The position numbers were made by a program, and so were the translations under genes. A stretch of DNA of 63,940 nucleotides, counting the filler, from Diploschistes diacapsis (lineage: Eukaryota): assembly GCA_023645945.1 (NCBI GenBank). It is 12 parts of 12 records of this genome, joined end to end, with 100 filler letters (N's around TTAATTAATTAA, not from the genome) between each part and the next. Parts side by side here need not be neighbours in the genome. Positions count along the whole stretch, not along the records: positions 40,486 to 41,497 come from JALAIB010004317.1; positions 41,598 to 42,609 come from JALAIB010004318.1; positions 42,710 to 43,721 come from JALAIB010004319.1; positions 43,822 to 61,716 come from JALAIB010000432.1; 8 more parts are not named here. One strand, written 5' to 3'. Each line of letters opens with the position of its first letter. Within the stretch, counting starts at the first letter, position 1. The notes beneath the pieces are model-generated. The model did no database searches and was not told the origin of the DNA. It saw only the letters and a list, made by a program, of their open reading frames with translations. This document shows, piece after piece, positions 40,486 through 51,291 of the stretch.

Positions 40486-40846
40486 GAAGAATAAAGCCAA
40501 ACAGTGACTATATAACGTCGAAAAAATATTTTTTTCATATTTTTATTGAACTTTAAGCATAAAACCACTCGTAATGATATATTTAAATAAAATGTATTTT
40601 GCTTGATTAAAGCATTTTTTAAAAGCTTTAAAAATCGGTTTTCCGAGTCTTCATTCTGAATTCATCTAAAAAAGTTAACTGATGTCGTAATCAATGTGCA
40701 CTTTTTATATATGATAGATAATTGATTTAAAAGCAATATTTCGAAAAAAAATAACGTTTAATTTCGAAGAATTATTGAAGATTTAAACTATTTCTTAGCA
40801 AAAGTGGCCCACTTCTGGGGCTGGCCCACTTCCCCGTCAAACACGT
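40486..40846 (-). mobile_element. TIR-element end, reverse-complement homologue of 61108-61473
   Basis: Ends in GTGGCCCACTTC..GGCCCACTTCCCCGTCAAACACGT + TA. The interior aligns to the AT-rich arm at 61150-61473. Confidence 0.7.
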
Positions 40847-41956
40847 TATCGATATTAAAAGTAATTTATATTTATAATTAATTACTAACAAATTCAAGGA
40901 TATGTATATAAGGATAAAAATAGGGTATTAATACGTAATTTACGTGAAAAAGGTGAGTTTAACGTGTTAAATAAATTTATTTATATAAAAGATTAATATA
41001 TTGATTATAAATAAGGTGTTTCACGGTCTTCTCGGCCACCCCCATATTCCGGCCACCTCAAATCACTACCGTTAACATTCTACGGTTTTTAAATATAACC
41101 TATTCGTCGCAATTAGAATCTAATCGATCTAAATCGAATCTATTTTCTTCCTTTTTAGCCTTCTCGATTTTAGAAACGCGACCACGTTTTTTACGCGTTA
41201 TAAATCGTTTCGAAATTATTCAACTCGATTTAACCCGAATTATTATTTTAAGAACTTCGTCTGTATTAAACATAAAACGACCTTTTAATTCGATTCGTTT
41301 ATTTAATTATGTTTCTTCCGATTATTAAGAAGCGTTTTTTACTTTCGGTTTTCTTTATAAAACGTTATAAACTCAATATACGTCGATTTAAACATACGAG
41401 TTATTCGACTCGAATAACGTCGAATCGGGCTGATTAGTTTTAGAACGGCTCGCAAGATCTAACGTATATGCCTAGCGAACGGACACTCATAGCGAGCNNN
41501 NNNNNNNNNNNNNNNNNNNNNNNNNNNNNNNNNNNNNNNNNTTAATTAATTAANNNNNNNNNNNNNNNNNNNNNNNNNNNNNNNNNNNNNNNNNNNNAAT
41601 ATATCCATTACGTTGTTAAACAGGTTATAAGCCCGGGTTTTGTATTTATTTTATTACGCTTAATCGTTTATTGAAACTACGTTTCTCGGTAGTTGTTCCG
41701 GTTACGAACGCGGGTATTGATTATGATATTTAACGTAGGTTAAATCGAAGAGATCCGAAAGCTTAGGATCTGAATTATAAGACCTTAGGGTGGGCGGATT
41801 TAAAGATAGAAGTTATATTATTTTAAAAGAACGCGAGACCTTATTACGTTGGCCTCAGGTAAGTTTAAATAAGAAATAACTGGATCTAAATATCATCTGT
41901 ATAGGTTAACGAAAAATAATTTTCTTCTCTTTTTCGATAAAAATCGAAGTTTAATT

Positions 41957-42328
41957 TAGGCTAACCGTTTCGTGCCACGGTCACTGACACGGACACTACA
42001 ACAAAAAATTTCAAAATGCGAACATTAACACGGACACGATAGCTAAAATTTTAAAATACGGATACTAACACGGATACTATATTATAATAAAAACACGAAA
42101 ACACTTATTTTTTAATATTTTTAAATTATTATATTTATTTTTTACGCTTTTATTTTTAAAAAAGTTTTTTTAAAATACGGACACGGACATTATAATTAAG
42201 AATTTTTAAATATTAATATTAATACGGACATTATATTTCCGTAAATCCACGGACACGGACACCGCAGCTAAAAAATCTAAAACACGGACACTGACACGGC
42301 CGTGTCAGTATCAGTAACGGCCAGCCTA
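41957..42328. mobile_element. Non-autonomous hAT-like element with short TIRs (partial copies 43538-43721, 62167-62237)
   Basis: Ends TAGGCT..CCG / CGGCCAGCCTA, with many subterminal ACACGGACAC motifs. The same ends occur in three contigs. Confidence 0.7.
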
Positions 42329-44272
42329 AGTTAATCTAACACGTCGTAGGTCGGTGCCAGTATGCGCTAGTTTGTTTATCATAAGTATAGCTTGTTTTGA
42401 GGTTAATATAGTGTTTTTACTTAAAGATCCTATAATGTCCTTTATATATTTAATTATTTTCTAAATATCCGAAGTTAATAGTACTTTTATCTTATGTATC
42501 CCAATAGTCGTCCCTTCTAGGCGAACGGTTATCGTATTAGTTAGAAATTGTTAAGCTAATTCGACGTTCTTATTTATTAGTATAATGAAGACGTTTATTG
42601 TCTTTATATNNNNNNNNNNNNNNNNNNNNNNNNNNNNNNNNNNNNNNNNNNNNTTAATTAATTAANNNNNNNNNNNNNNNNNNNNNNNNNNNNNNNNNNN
42701 NNNNNNNNNGTATTATAATCTTTATTTATACAAGATATACACGAATAGAATTAAGATAAGTTTAATTTTTATTAAAAAAAATATAACAGAAGAAAAAAAT
42801 AAAATAATTATAAATTTTAAATTATTTTTAAAAAAAAAGTTTTTTAAAAATAAAAATAACGAATATAAATTGATTTCGAGTAATAACTAAAGATATTTAT
42901 AAAAATAAATATATTTTTTTTCACGAAAATAAAGCCGTGCTTATATATAATTAACTCGCTCGCCGTTTATTATAAACCTAATAAGCGGTGTTTTCGAAAC
43001 TCGCCGCTCATGAGAATAAGCGCGACCATCGAACGGTGGCGAAAACCCGCTCGCCGTTTACGAAAGTGAGCGCGAGCAGTGAGCGCATCACGTGACCCCC
43101 GTCCCGTGACTGACCTATATACAACAAAGCTGGGACGTGCCAAGTCTGGTACTTGGATCGTAACACCTCCTCGACGTAATTATACTTCTAGATTTATTCA
43201 CTTGTATTTCATTCTCTCGAACACGACAGGATAGAAAAATAATAATTATCTAAAAACATTCCTAACTTCCACCGCATCCATATCATCCGTAAATACCCTT
43301 TTAAAAACATTTTTATCCTTTATAATATTTATACCATCCGTTATTATTCCGTTAGGCAAATAAAACCAGCAGCACGTCCTCCCTATTCTTTACTTTTATT
43401 TCTTTTCTCGCCATATCTCTCGAGCAAACAGTAATAAACAAATAAATAAACAAGTAGATCAACACATAATTTATAAATAAGCAAGAAAACATTAAGCAAG
43501 AAAACATTAAGCAAGAAAATCAATCACATAAAAAATCTAGGCTGGCCGTCACGGACACTGACACGGCCGTGGCAGTGTCCGTGTTTTGAAATTTTCAGCC
43601 GTAATGTCCGTGTCCGTGCTTTTACTACAGTATAATGTCCGTAAAAATGTCCGTGTTTTAAAATTTTTAATCGTAATGTCCGTGTCCGTGTTTTTATTAT
43701 GATATAATATCCGTAGAAATGNNNNNNNNNNNNNNNNNNNNNNNNNNNNNNNNNNNNNNNNNNNNTTAATTAATTAANNNNNNNNNNNNNNNNNNNNNNN
43801 NNNNNNNNNNNNNNNNNNNNNCCCCTTGTCCTCCAGCCCGTTGCTGGAGGTTCCCCATAACCGCTCCAAACACGGCTTGTTCGGAAATGGTGTCTCCCTC
43901 TGTTTCTGTGTAGTTCGCTTATTCTAGAACAAGACGTGGATAGGTTGTATCACAAAGGGGAGATGACCCACCAGCAAGCAATGTCGGCCGAAATCGTCCA
44001 AAGGTCCAGGTGTCGAATGAGAAGTACCGGAAGAGATATGGAGGATGGTGTTGTGAGATTGCAGGCGCTCAGTATACTCCCAAAGAGATCTTCACACGCG
44101 CTTTGTTGTGTATTGTATTGTAATGATGCTTGCCGCCTTTGGCGCGAGGCTCATGGTTTCGCCTAACTTTGGAGCGATCAAATGGAAACGTGCCAACGCT
44201 CAGCTAGATGCATTAACCGATGCACACCCGGTTGCTGATGCCTGTGAAACCCGTTCGACGCTAAGAAGACAC

Positions 44273-45698
44273 TCATGAAGTTGCCTCGGCCTCGGGGTTT
44301 TCATCCACTGCATTTGTGCCAGCTTCGACAGCAGAAACTACCTCCTTAGAATCAACTTTCTTGGCTGCGCGCTCCCCTTCATCGCCAGCGTCCATGTCTT
44401 CATTGCTGCGCTTGCGGGAAACCCCTTCCTCCTCGGTCTTGGGAACTTCAGCCGGGGCATCAGCAATATTTTCGTCATCTTTGTCAGCAGAAGCATGTCC
44501 CTCCGTATCAACCTTCTTAACAGCACCGTTCTCTTCATCTCCGCCTTCCAAGTCCTTGTGGCCGCGCTTGCGAGAGATGCCTTCTTCTTTCTCGTGAGAT
44601 TTCTTACCACTATGGTCTTTACCATTCACTGGTGGAAAACCCTTCTTACGATCCTCTTCACGGCGTTCCCTCCAGTCTCTCTCCTTTTCCTTCGACGAAG
44701 CCTTCGGACTCTGCCCCCTGATCTGACCCCGATTGATCTCATCAACCTTCTCGTCACAGTACTGCTTCTTGCTTTTCAGCACCAAGTTCCGTCCATGGTA
44801 AGTGGGCTTGGGTTCTGCCTCGAGAAAAGTTCTTGCCGTCTCCTCGTCGGCGAACTCGACAAAGACTGATCCCTTGAATGTCTTGTCCCCGGCCCGGCGC
44901 AAGCGCACAGCATTGGTCGGGCCGTAGGTTGAGAAGAATGCCTCGAGATCGAATTGAGTTGTAGGCTGCTCGACACCGAAACCTTTCGCGTAGATGGAGC
45001 GTGCCATAGCGGCGGTCTCGAAGACTTTGGCAACTTCGGATTGGGACGAAGCAGATTTACCTTCAGGCAGAGGATGCTTGCGTTGGACACAGAGTTGCTT
45101 GGTAGAGGAGTCCGTATCGTCTTGGTCTTTCTTGTCGGTCGCCTCTTCTTTCGTCTCCTGCTTCTCGACTTCTACAACATTGAGTGTAGAGCTTTCTCTG
45201 AGCGCATCGACCACAGCACTGAATGGCTGGAAATGGCGCATGCGTTTAAAGTTGTGGATCGTCTGAATAGGAACTGCCTTGTTTTCGTGTCCGCCTACAA
45301 GGCTGAAGAGGAACTTGTCGCTCGGGAGGTTGGAGTCCGAGAAGTAGAACTCAACCTTGCATTTCGTTAGTGAAAGGTAAGTAAATGTGACTGCGCATTC
45401 AGACCTGCTTGCGGATTTGCACCGGGTCATTGCTCTCTTCCTCCACAGTTAACTTGGACCTGTTGCCCTTGCCAAACTTCCCGCCCCTCTTGTTGTTGAA
45501 TTTGCCGTCATTCTGTCGGCCTTTTTGAAATGAGCGATGTTGTCCACGGTCGTTTCTCCTATCGCTGCGAGCATGGTGCTCCCTCTTGTCTTCTGAGCTC
45601 TCCTTCGCCGCTAACGCAATGTCGCCATTTGCGTTTCCCATGTTAGGATCTGCCTTGGGTAGCTCCTTTGGCGGAGCTTCAACAGTGGTATCCGCCAT
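44273..45698 (-). CDS. LHP1: La protein (RNA-binding, LAM + RRM)
   Basis: One intron joins DPVQIRKQ to VEFYFSDSNLPSDKFL (La motif). RRM with RSIYAKGF and FKGSVFVEF. Acidic/basic tail. Confidence 0.95.
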
Positions 45699-46440
45699 GT
45701 CCAGAAACTAGAGGAGAAATTAGCACGGAACTTATAGATTTAAAAAGCCTTTGACATGCTATTCTACCTCTACCTGGTCAAGTGTAAAATGGAGCTTTAA
45801 CTCTCATGTGGGCTGTGGTTGCGTGAATAGCTGTGGCGCTGTGAAGCTGTTGCGGGGTACGACTTCGAGCTATAATTGGGTCTCGGTCAATCGCTTTGAA
45901 GGTGAAGGGGTGTGGCAGATTTTAAAAGTCTTGTGAAAGCAAAGAAAACAAGATCTTTTTGAATCTAGACTGAGTATGACCAGGCAAAAGGGAGGAGGGT
46001 ATCTGTTGTCAGAGCTCCAGGGAACTCCTACGCAAAAAAGTTTTGCAGTGTGGTTAAACAGTTGAGAAAGCTTAGATCTTGGTTTGCCAGTAGGGCTTGC
46101 ACCAGACCAACCAGTCAGCTACAAGGGTGGGTTTGCGGTCTACAACCCAACCAAAATTTCATGCACTAATATTTCGGTGTTAATACAAACAACTAATTTG
46201 GAGCGCTTCTATCGCTGTCATCCCAGTCCGCACGCATACCGATAACTAAAATGAATGTTCTAAGCGTGGAAGGCATGCAACAAGGGGGATCATGTTACTC
46301 GTAATCACTTCTTTCTCCGAGGTGCTCCCCTCTTTCGTGAAAACCCTTCATTCCAAATCTTTTCAGAAAGCCAATCATGTAACCAGGAGTGATGAGAATC
46401 ATTTTATATGAAAGCATTCCTACAATTCTGACAGCCGCTC

Positions 46441-48152
46441 CTACTCGCTGCTCTCTCTCACCTGTTTACTAGCTACGGCGCTATCCCCAGTCATGCGATT
46501 CAAGACCGCCTCCTCCGAATCCCCCGCCAAGCTCCCTTCCTCTTTCGCTCTGCTAAGTTTAGCTTGTTTGACCGCCTCTGCCGCAACGGCGACTTTGCTC
46601 CACTGAAGCCTTCCCAAACGCCCCTTCACGGCCAACGGCACTTCCGTCTCGCTCTCCACAAACACCCTATCCACGTCCTCCAACAACAGCCCTCCCGTCT
46701 CCGGATAGACGCACCACACAACCACGGCATTGACCAGGTTCAGCACCGCCCAGACGACGTAGAACCGCCACCCAATGTTCGCGATCCCGACGGGCGTGAC
46801 CTCCACGACCAGAAAATTTCCCAGGAAGTCCGCCGCAGCGGCCAGAGCAGCACCCTTGGCTCGGATCTTCAGCGGCAGGATCTCGGGAGGATAGATCCAC
46901 ACCGTCGCCATCCAACCCCACGTGAAACCGGCTTCGAACAGGAAGACGAGCACGACGGCCCCGACGCTGGCCGCCGACGTGCCTATGCCCACGCAGATGG
47001 CCTCCCCAATCAGCACCATGCACATGAACAGGGCCTGGCTAATGAACAGTTTCCGGCGCCCCACGCGGTCGATGGTGTACCAGGTGACAAAGCTCACGAG
47101 TACGTACCACAACTGCGTGAAGCAGCCCAGGAACAACGCCGTCTCCTGGTCCATGCCCAGGCTCAACGTGTACAGCGTGGGCGCGTAGTACGTCACGATG
47201 TTGATGCCCGTCATCTGCTGCATGAATTGGATCCCCAGCGCCAGATAGAACCTCTTATTCGCGTGCAGCCCATTGCTCCTGAATAAATCTCCCCACGTCC
47301 CTTCCTCTTTCGACTCGAGCATGATCGCAGCCAAAATGGCATCCTTTTCCCGTTGCACCACCCTATCCTCCACCGCCTTCCCTCTTAGCCTCGCAAGCAC
47401 GTCCGTACCCTCTTCCGGCGTCTGCGCATGCCTGATCAGCCACCGCGGCGTATCCGGCAACCAGACCGTGACGCAGAGGATGTAGACCGCAAACACGCAC
47501 TGAAACGCCAGCGGAAACCGCCACTGCACGCTGCCCGAGTGGAAGTAGAAGCCGTAGTTGATCCAGTAGGCCAGCATCAGCCCGCCCAGCATCGTCGTGA
47601 GCTGGCAGCAGACCTGCCACCCCCTCTGTTCCGTCGCGCTCACCTCGCTCTGGTACACCGGCGTCACGGACGTGCAGTAGCCGATGCCGATCCCCGTGAC
47701 GATGCGTGCGACGATAAACTGCGCCCGCGAAAAGGAGGAGCCCATGAGAATCCCGCCGATCAGCACGAACGCTGCGCCGACCATCAGGCTGCGCTTGCGC
47801 CCCAGGGGCTCGGCGGTAAAGGCGGCGGCGATGGCGCCAATGATGGCGCCGACGTCGTACATGGCTGTTATTGTGCCGATGAGGAGTGACGAGGGGTTGC
47901 CCATGGCGGAGAGCCAGTAGGACGAGATGACGACGCCGGACATTATCTGTTTGGGGTACGGAGGTTAGCGTCCGATACCCTTGGAAAGGGCTTATGTGGG
48001 AATCTAGCCCGGTTAGAGCGAAGAGGATATAAGCTTACACCCTGGTCGTATCCAAACAGGAGGAAGCCGGAGGAGCAGACGGAGGTGATAAGGGTTATCA
48101 GGAGGGGGCCGCGGAGGGAGGGCAGGCCGCTACTGCCGAGTGCCTTCGCCAT
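46441..48152 (-). CDS. MFS sugar porter (STL1-like)
   Basis: Exon 1 LFGYDQG, intron 48038-47947, then LGRKR, PVYQSE, QWRFPLAFQ, PDTPRWL, MQQMTGINIVTYY, YPPEILPLKIRAKG and YPET. Confidence 0.93.
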
Positions 48153-49547
48153 GGTTGCCGAAGGAGACAATTGTAACCCGTAGCAATTTTCCTTGGGCCT
48201 GCGACGATGGTGTAAGAGAGTCGCCCGAGGTAGGTAATAATAGCGAAGCTTCTTGGTGGAAGTCGAAATGGCTCTTTCTCAGTATCGGAATGATTTTATT
48301 GGTCTCTATTCAAGTAGAGAAGCACTTGAAGCCGCAGGGTAGAAGCAACCCTGAGGCGAGATACAGTCAAAATTTGAGAAGCTATGCCTATATACGAATC
48401 GTAATCATTCGAAACAACACATTGAAAGAGATAAATGCACGAACGAAAGGTGAGCGATGCAATGCTAGAAGCTTAGTATTGAGATAGAGAGAAAATTAGA
48501 TACCATGTCATTACCGATCTTTCTCCTCACCACGGATAATTCTCCTGTGTGCCATCCCAGCAGCAATAGCTACAGATTGAATTCATAGCCTTGAGCGGGT
48601 CTGCATGGAGAAGGAAGATCGCTACTCAGGCTTTTGGATGTCGACCTGCCCGTCTCGGCAGCGGATGACGTCTCTCACCGTTGGGTCCTGCCCTGCATGC
48701 ATTCACATCCCTTTTGAGACTAGCTTACTATGTGTATTAAAAAACAGGGAGCGCCTTTTTAGCTGTTCTATTTTATTTCAGTCTCGCAACTGGAGGAGGG
48801 CCAACCTTCTCCCAGAACGCCAAGCTTTTCCGAACTCCCTTAGCGCCCAACGATCAGCCCGAGTTTTTTTTATCTCGCTAACCTAACCAGTTGAACCCAA
48901 CCGTTCACCTGCCATTGCCCTAGTCCGGAACAATAAAACTCGGGCGCAGTGATTTGTTGACATCTATATAGCTACGATAGCATAAAACATGCGGATGGTC
49001 GAGGATAGACATCTAAATTTTGCTTGGGAAAGGGCTTCTACGCCCATGAAAAAATATATAAACTGGCTGTAAATACCAATAAGATTACATCTCGCACCGG
49101 CAAAGTGACTTATCCGCCATAGGCTGTCGGTCAGGTAACCCCACGTTCACCGCGAGCCGTCTATAGTGATTATGTAACACTCGCTTAAGAATCTTGGCGC
49201 GTTAGCTTTCGACCAGTACACTTCGGCTCAACACTAGATTAGAAAGGGAAAAAAAACCCCATATTATTCTACTGCCAGATATTGGTTTTTTGAGGTCTTC
49301 CCACGGCCTACACTGTATTCTATATTTTTGGGAGATTATTCTTCACTGTGAGGTATCTGTGAGCATATCCCCGTGCCTCCGATTCTACCTCTACGCTAAG
49401 AAGCGAGAGCAGCTAAGCCCCCTGGCCGGCCCACTATATTGAATTAACGGGTTAGAACAGCTTCGGGACGGCTAGAAAGTGCTGCAGCTCACTTCTTGAC
49501 ATCAATTCGCGGACGTTGAATCGGAGACACGGGGAATAGCAGCGAGC

Positions 49548-50322
49548 ATGGGGCCGTCTCTACCTCCTCGGATTGCGTTCATCGAGCGCAACACGAAGGA
49601 AACAAAGATTCAAGTCTCGCTATCGCTGGACGGAGGTGCACTGGATTTATTACCAGACGCCGAGCACTTTCCTCCCTCGACCACCTCTAACTCCTCCTTC
49701 TACGCTATGCCAGAGCAGACCGAAGAAACACACGCCTCGCAAGCGTCGCCTTCGCAGCAAATCTGGATCTGGACGGGTATCGGATTTCTCGATCATCTTC
49801 TTCACGCAATTGCCAAACATGCTGGCTGGAGCTTGAGGCTGCGGTGCAAAGGCGACCTGGCCAGTACGCTATAAACTATGTAATCGCCTTCAACATTTGC
49901 TAACGCCGGGCAAAGTTGACGAACATCATTCTGCCGAGGACAGCATGTTGGCTCTCGGTTCCACCTTCTCTCAAGCCCTTGGCTCGCGCAAGGGGCTCGC
50001 GCGATTTGGGTATGCCTACGCGCCGCTCGACGAGGCTTTGGCGCGTGCTGTCATCGACTTGTCCAACCGGCCATTCTTCGTCGGCGTGATGCCGTTCACG
50101 GAGTCCAAGATAGGTACTCTGAGCACGCAGATGATTCATCATTGCTTCCAAAGCTTCAGCCAGGCGGCAGGCGTGACGCTGCACATGGATGTGATTAGGG
50201 GAGAAAACGGACATCACGTGGCAGAAAGCCTCGCGAAAGCCCTGGCGGTGGCGATCAGGGAGGCTTGTCGAAGAGTAGAGGGGAAGGAAGAGGAGGTGAT
50301 TAGTACGAAGGGGGTGTTATGA
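49548..50322 (+). CDS. HIS3: Imidazoleglycerol-phosphate dehydratase
   Basis: RNTKETKIQVSLSLDG, TGIGFLDHLLH, GDLA-IDEHHSAED across one intron, RFGYAYAPLDEAL, NGHHVAES and STKGVL. Confidence 0.93.
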
Positions 50323-51291
50323 GTTAGGAATCGAATGGTAGGCTGAGATATCATTGTACTTGGCTAACACATGTCGAGTCTTCCTAGTCAGAACCCTGGC
50401 CTGGTCATTTCCGAACCCTCTGATATCGTAATGGCTTGTGCGTCTTGTTAGGTGACGTCTCTCCATATAGACATCGTAATCGTGACTAATATTCCACGGC
50501 TTCTCCTTCACTCGTCGCCTCCGTAGAGGGATTCACACCCTTTGTTTCACGGTTTTGTAACATTCTTAAGCTCAACGGTTATGTTGATCAACATATGTCC
50601 TGAAAAGCGCTGGACAACAGCTAATTCCAGAACTCTGCCGTAAAACTCGGAAGAACTCGTTATCTAAAATCAGCGAATCTAAGCCAGGCCTCGCGAATCC
50701 AGAAGCCCAGTGCAGCACAGTAATCTGGTAAATATTTCCATCTCTTTGCGAAGTAGAGAACTAAACGTCTCTCTCGAGGGGATTTACGATCGACGATGTT
50801 CTTCTATGCGTGAAAAGCCCCTGCAACGGAGACCACGCAGGCTTCTACCGCATATATCTAATCCATAAGAAGAGGGCCGACCGCATGCAACGGTAGAGGC
50901 AGACGTTATTTCTGTATCGACATTGATTTCATACCGTTTCAGACACGCCGTAGTTCCGTAGTTCGAAAATGGACTTGATAGGTAGCACATCCCTTACTGC
51001 ATTTTGTTGTTTGACTTCTTTCGTTCTGCGCGATATTAGCCGCACGGTTTCCAGCTGGCGCCAAATCCATTGAAGCCATTGAGTATATATAGGTAAATCA
51101 GAAGCTTAGATGGGTCATAGAAACTTGCACAGTCAATGAATTGGGATCTCTACCTCCTGGGCTGTACAAGTGCGCAATCGAGAACTTGACATAACTTAGC
51201 GTCGACATTATGCTTATTAATAGAGTTGCGACCTCAACGCCAGTCCTATTTTTAGAGACCCATCAGTGCTTCTTACTACTCCAAAGTACCC

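Noticed and set aside
43478..43520. 15-bp tandem triplication TAAGCAAGAAAACAT
   Set aside because: Simple local slippage within RIP-decayed repeat DNA; no further structure.
36034..43721. Centromere or single large transposon island
   Set aside because: Made of seven separate 1-kb contigs joined artificially.
46564..47889. Long antisense ORFs over the sugar transporter (likewise over eIF3d, CAF1, ALAS, SEC72, septin)
   Set aside because: Shadow frames caused by GC-rich codon bias; no recognisable motifs.
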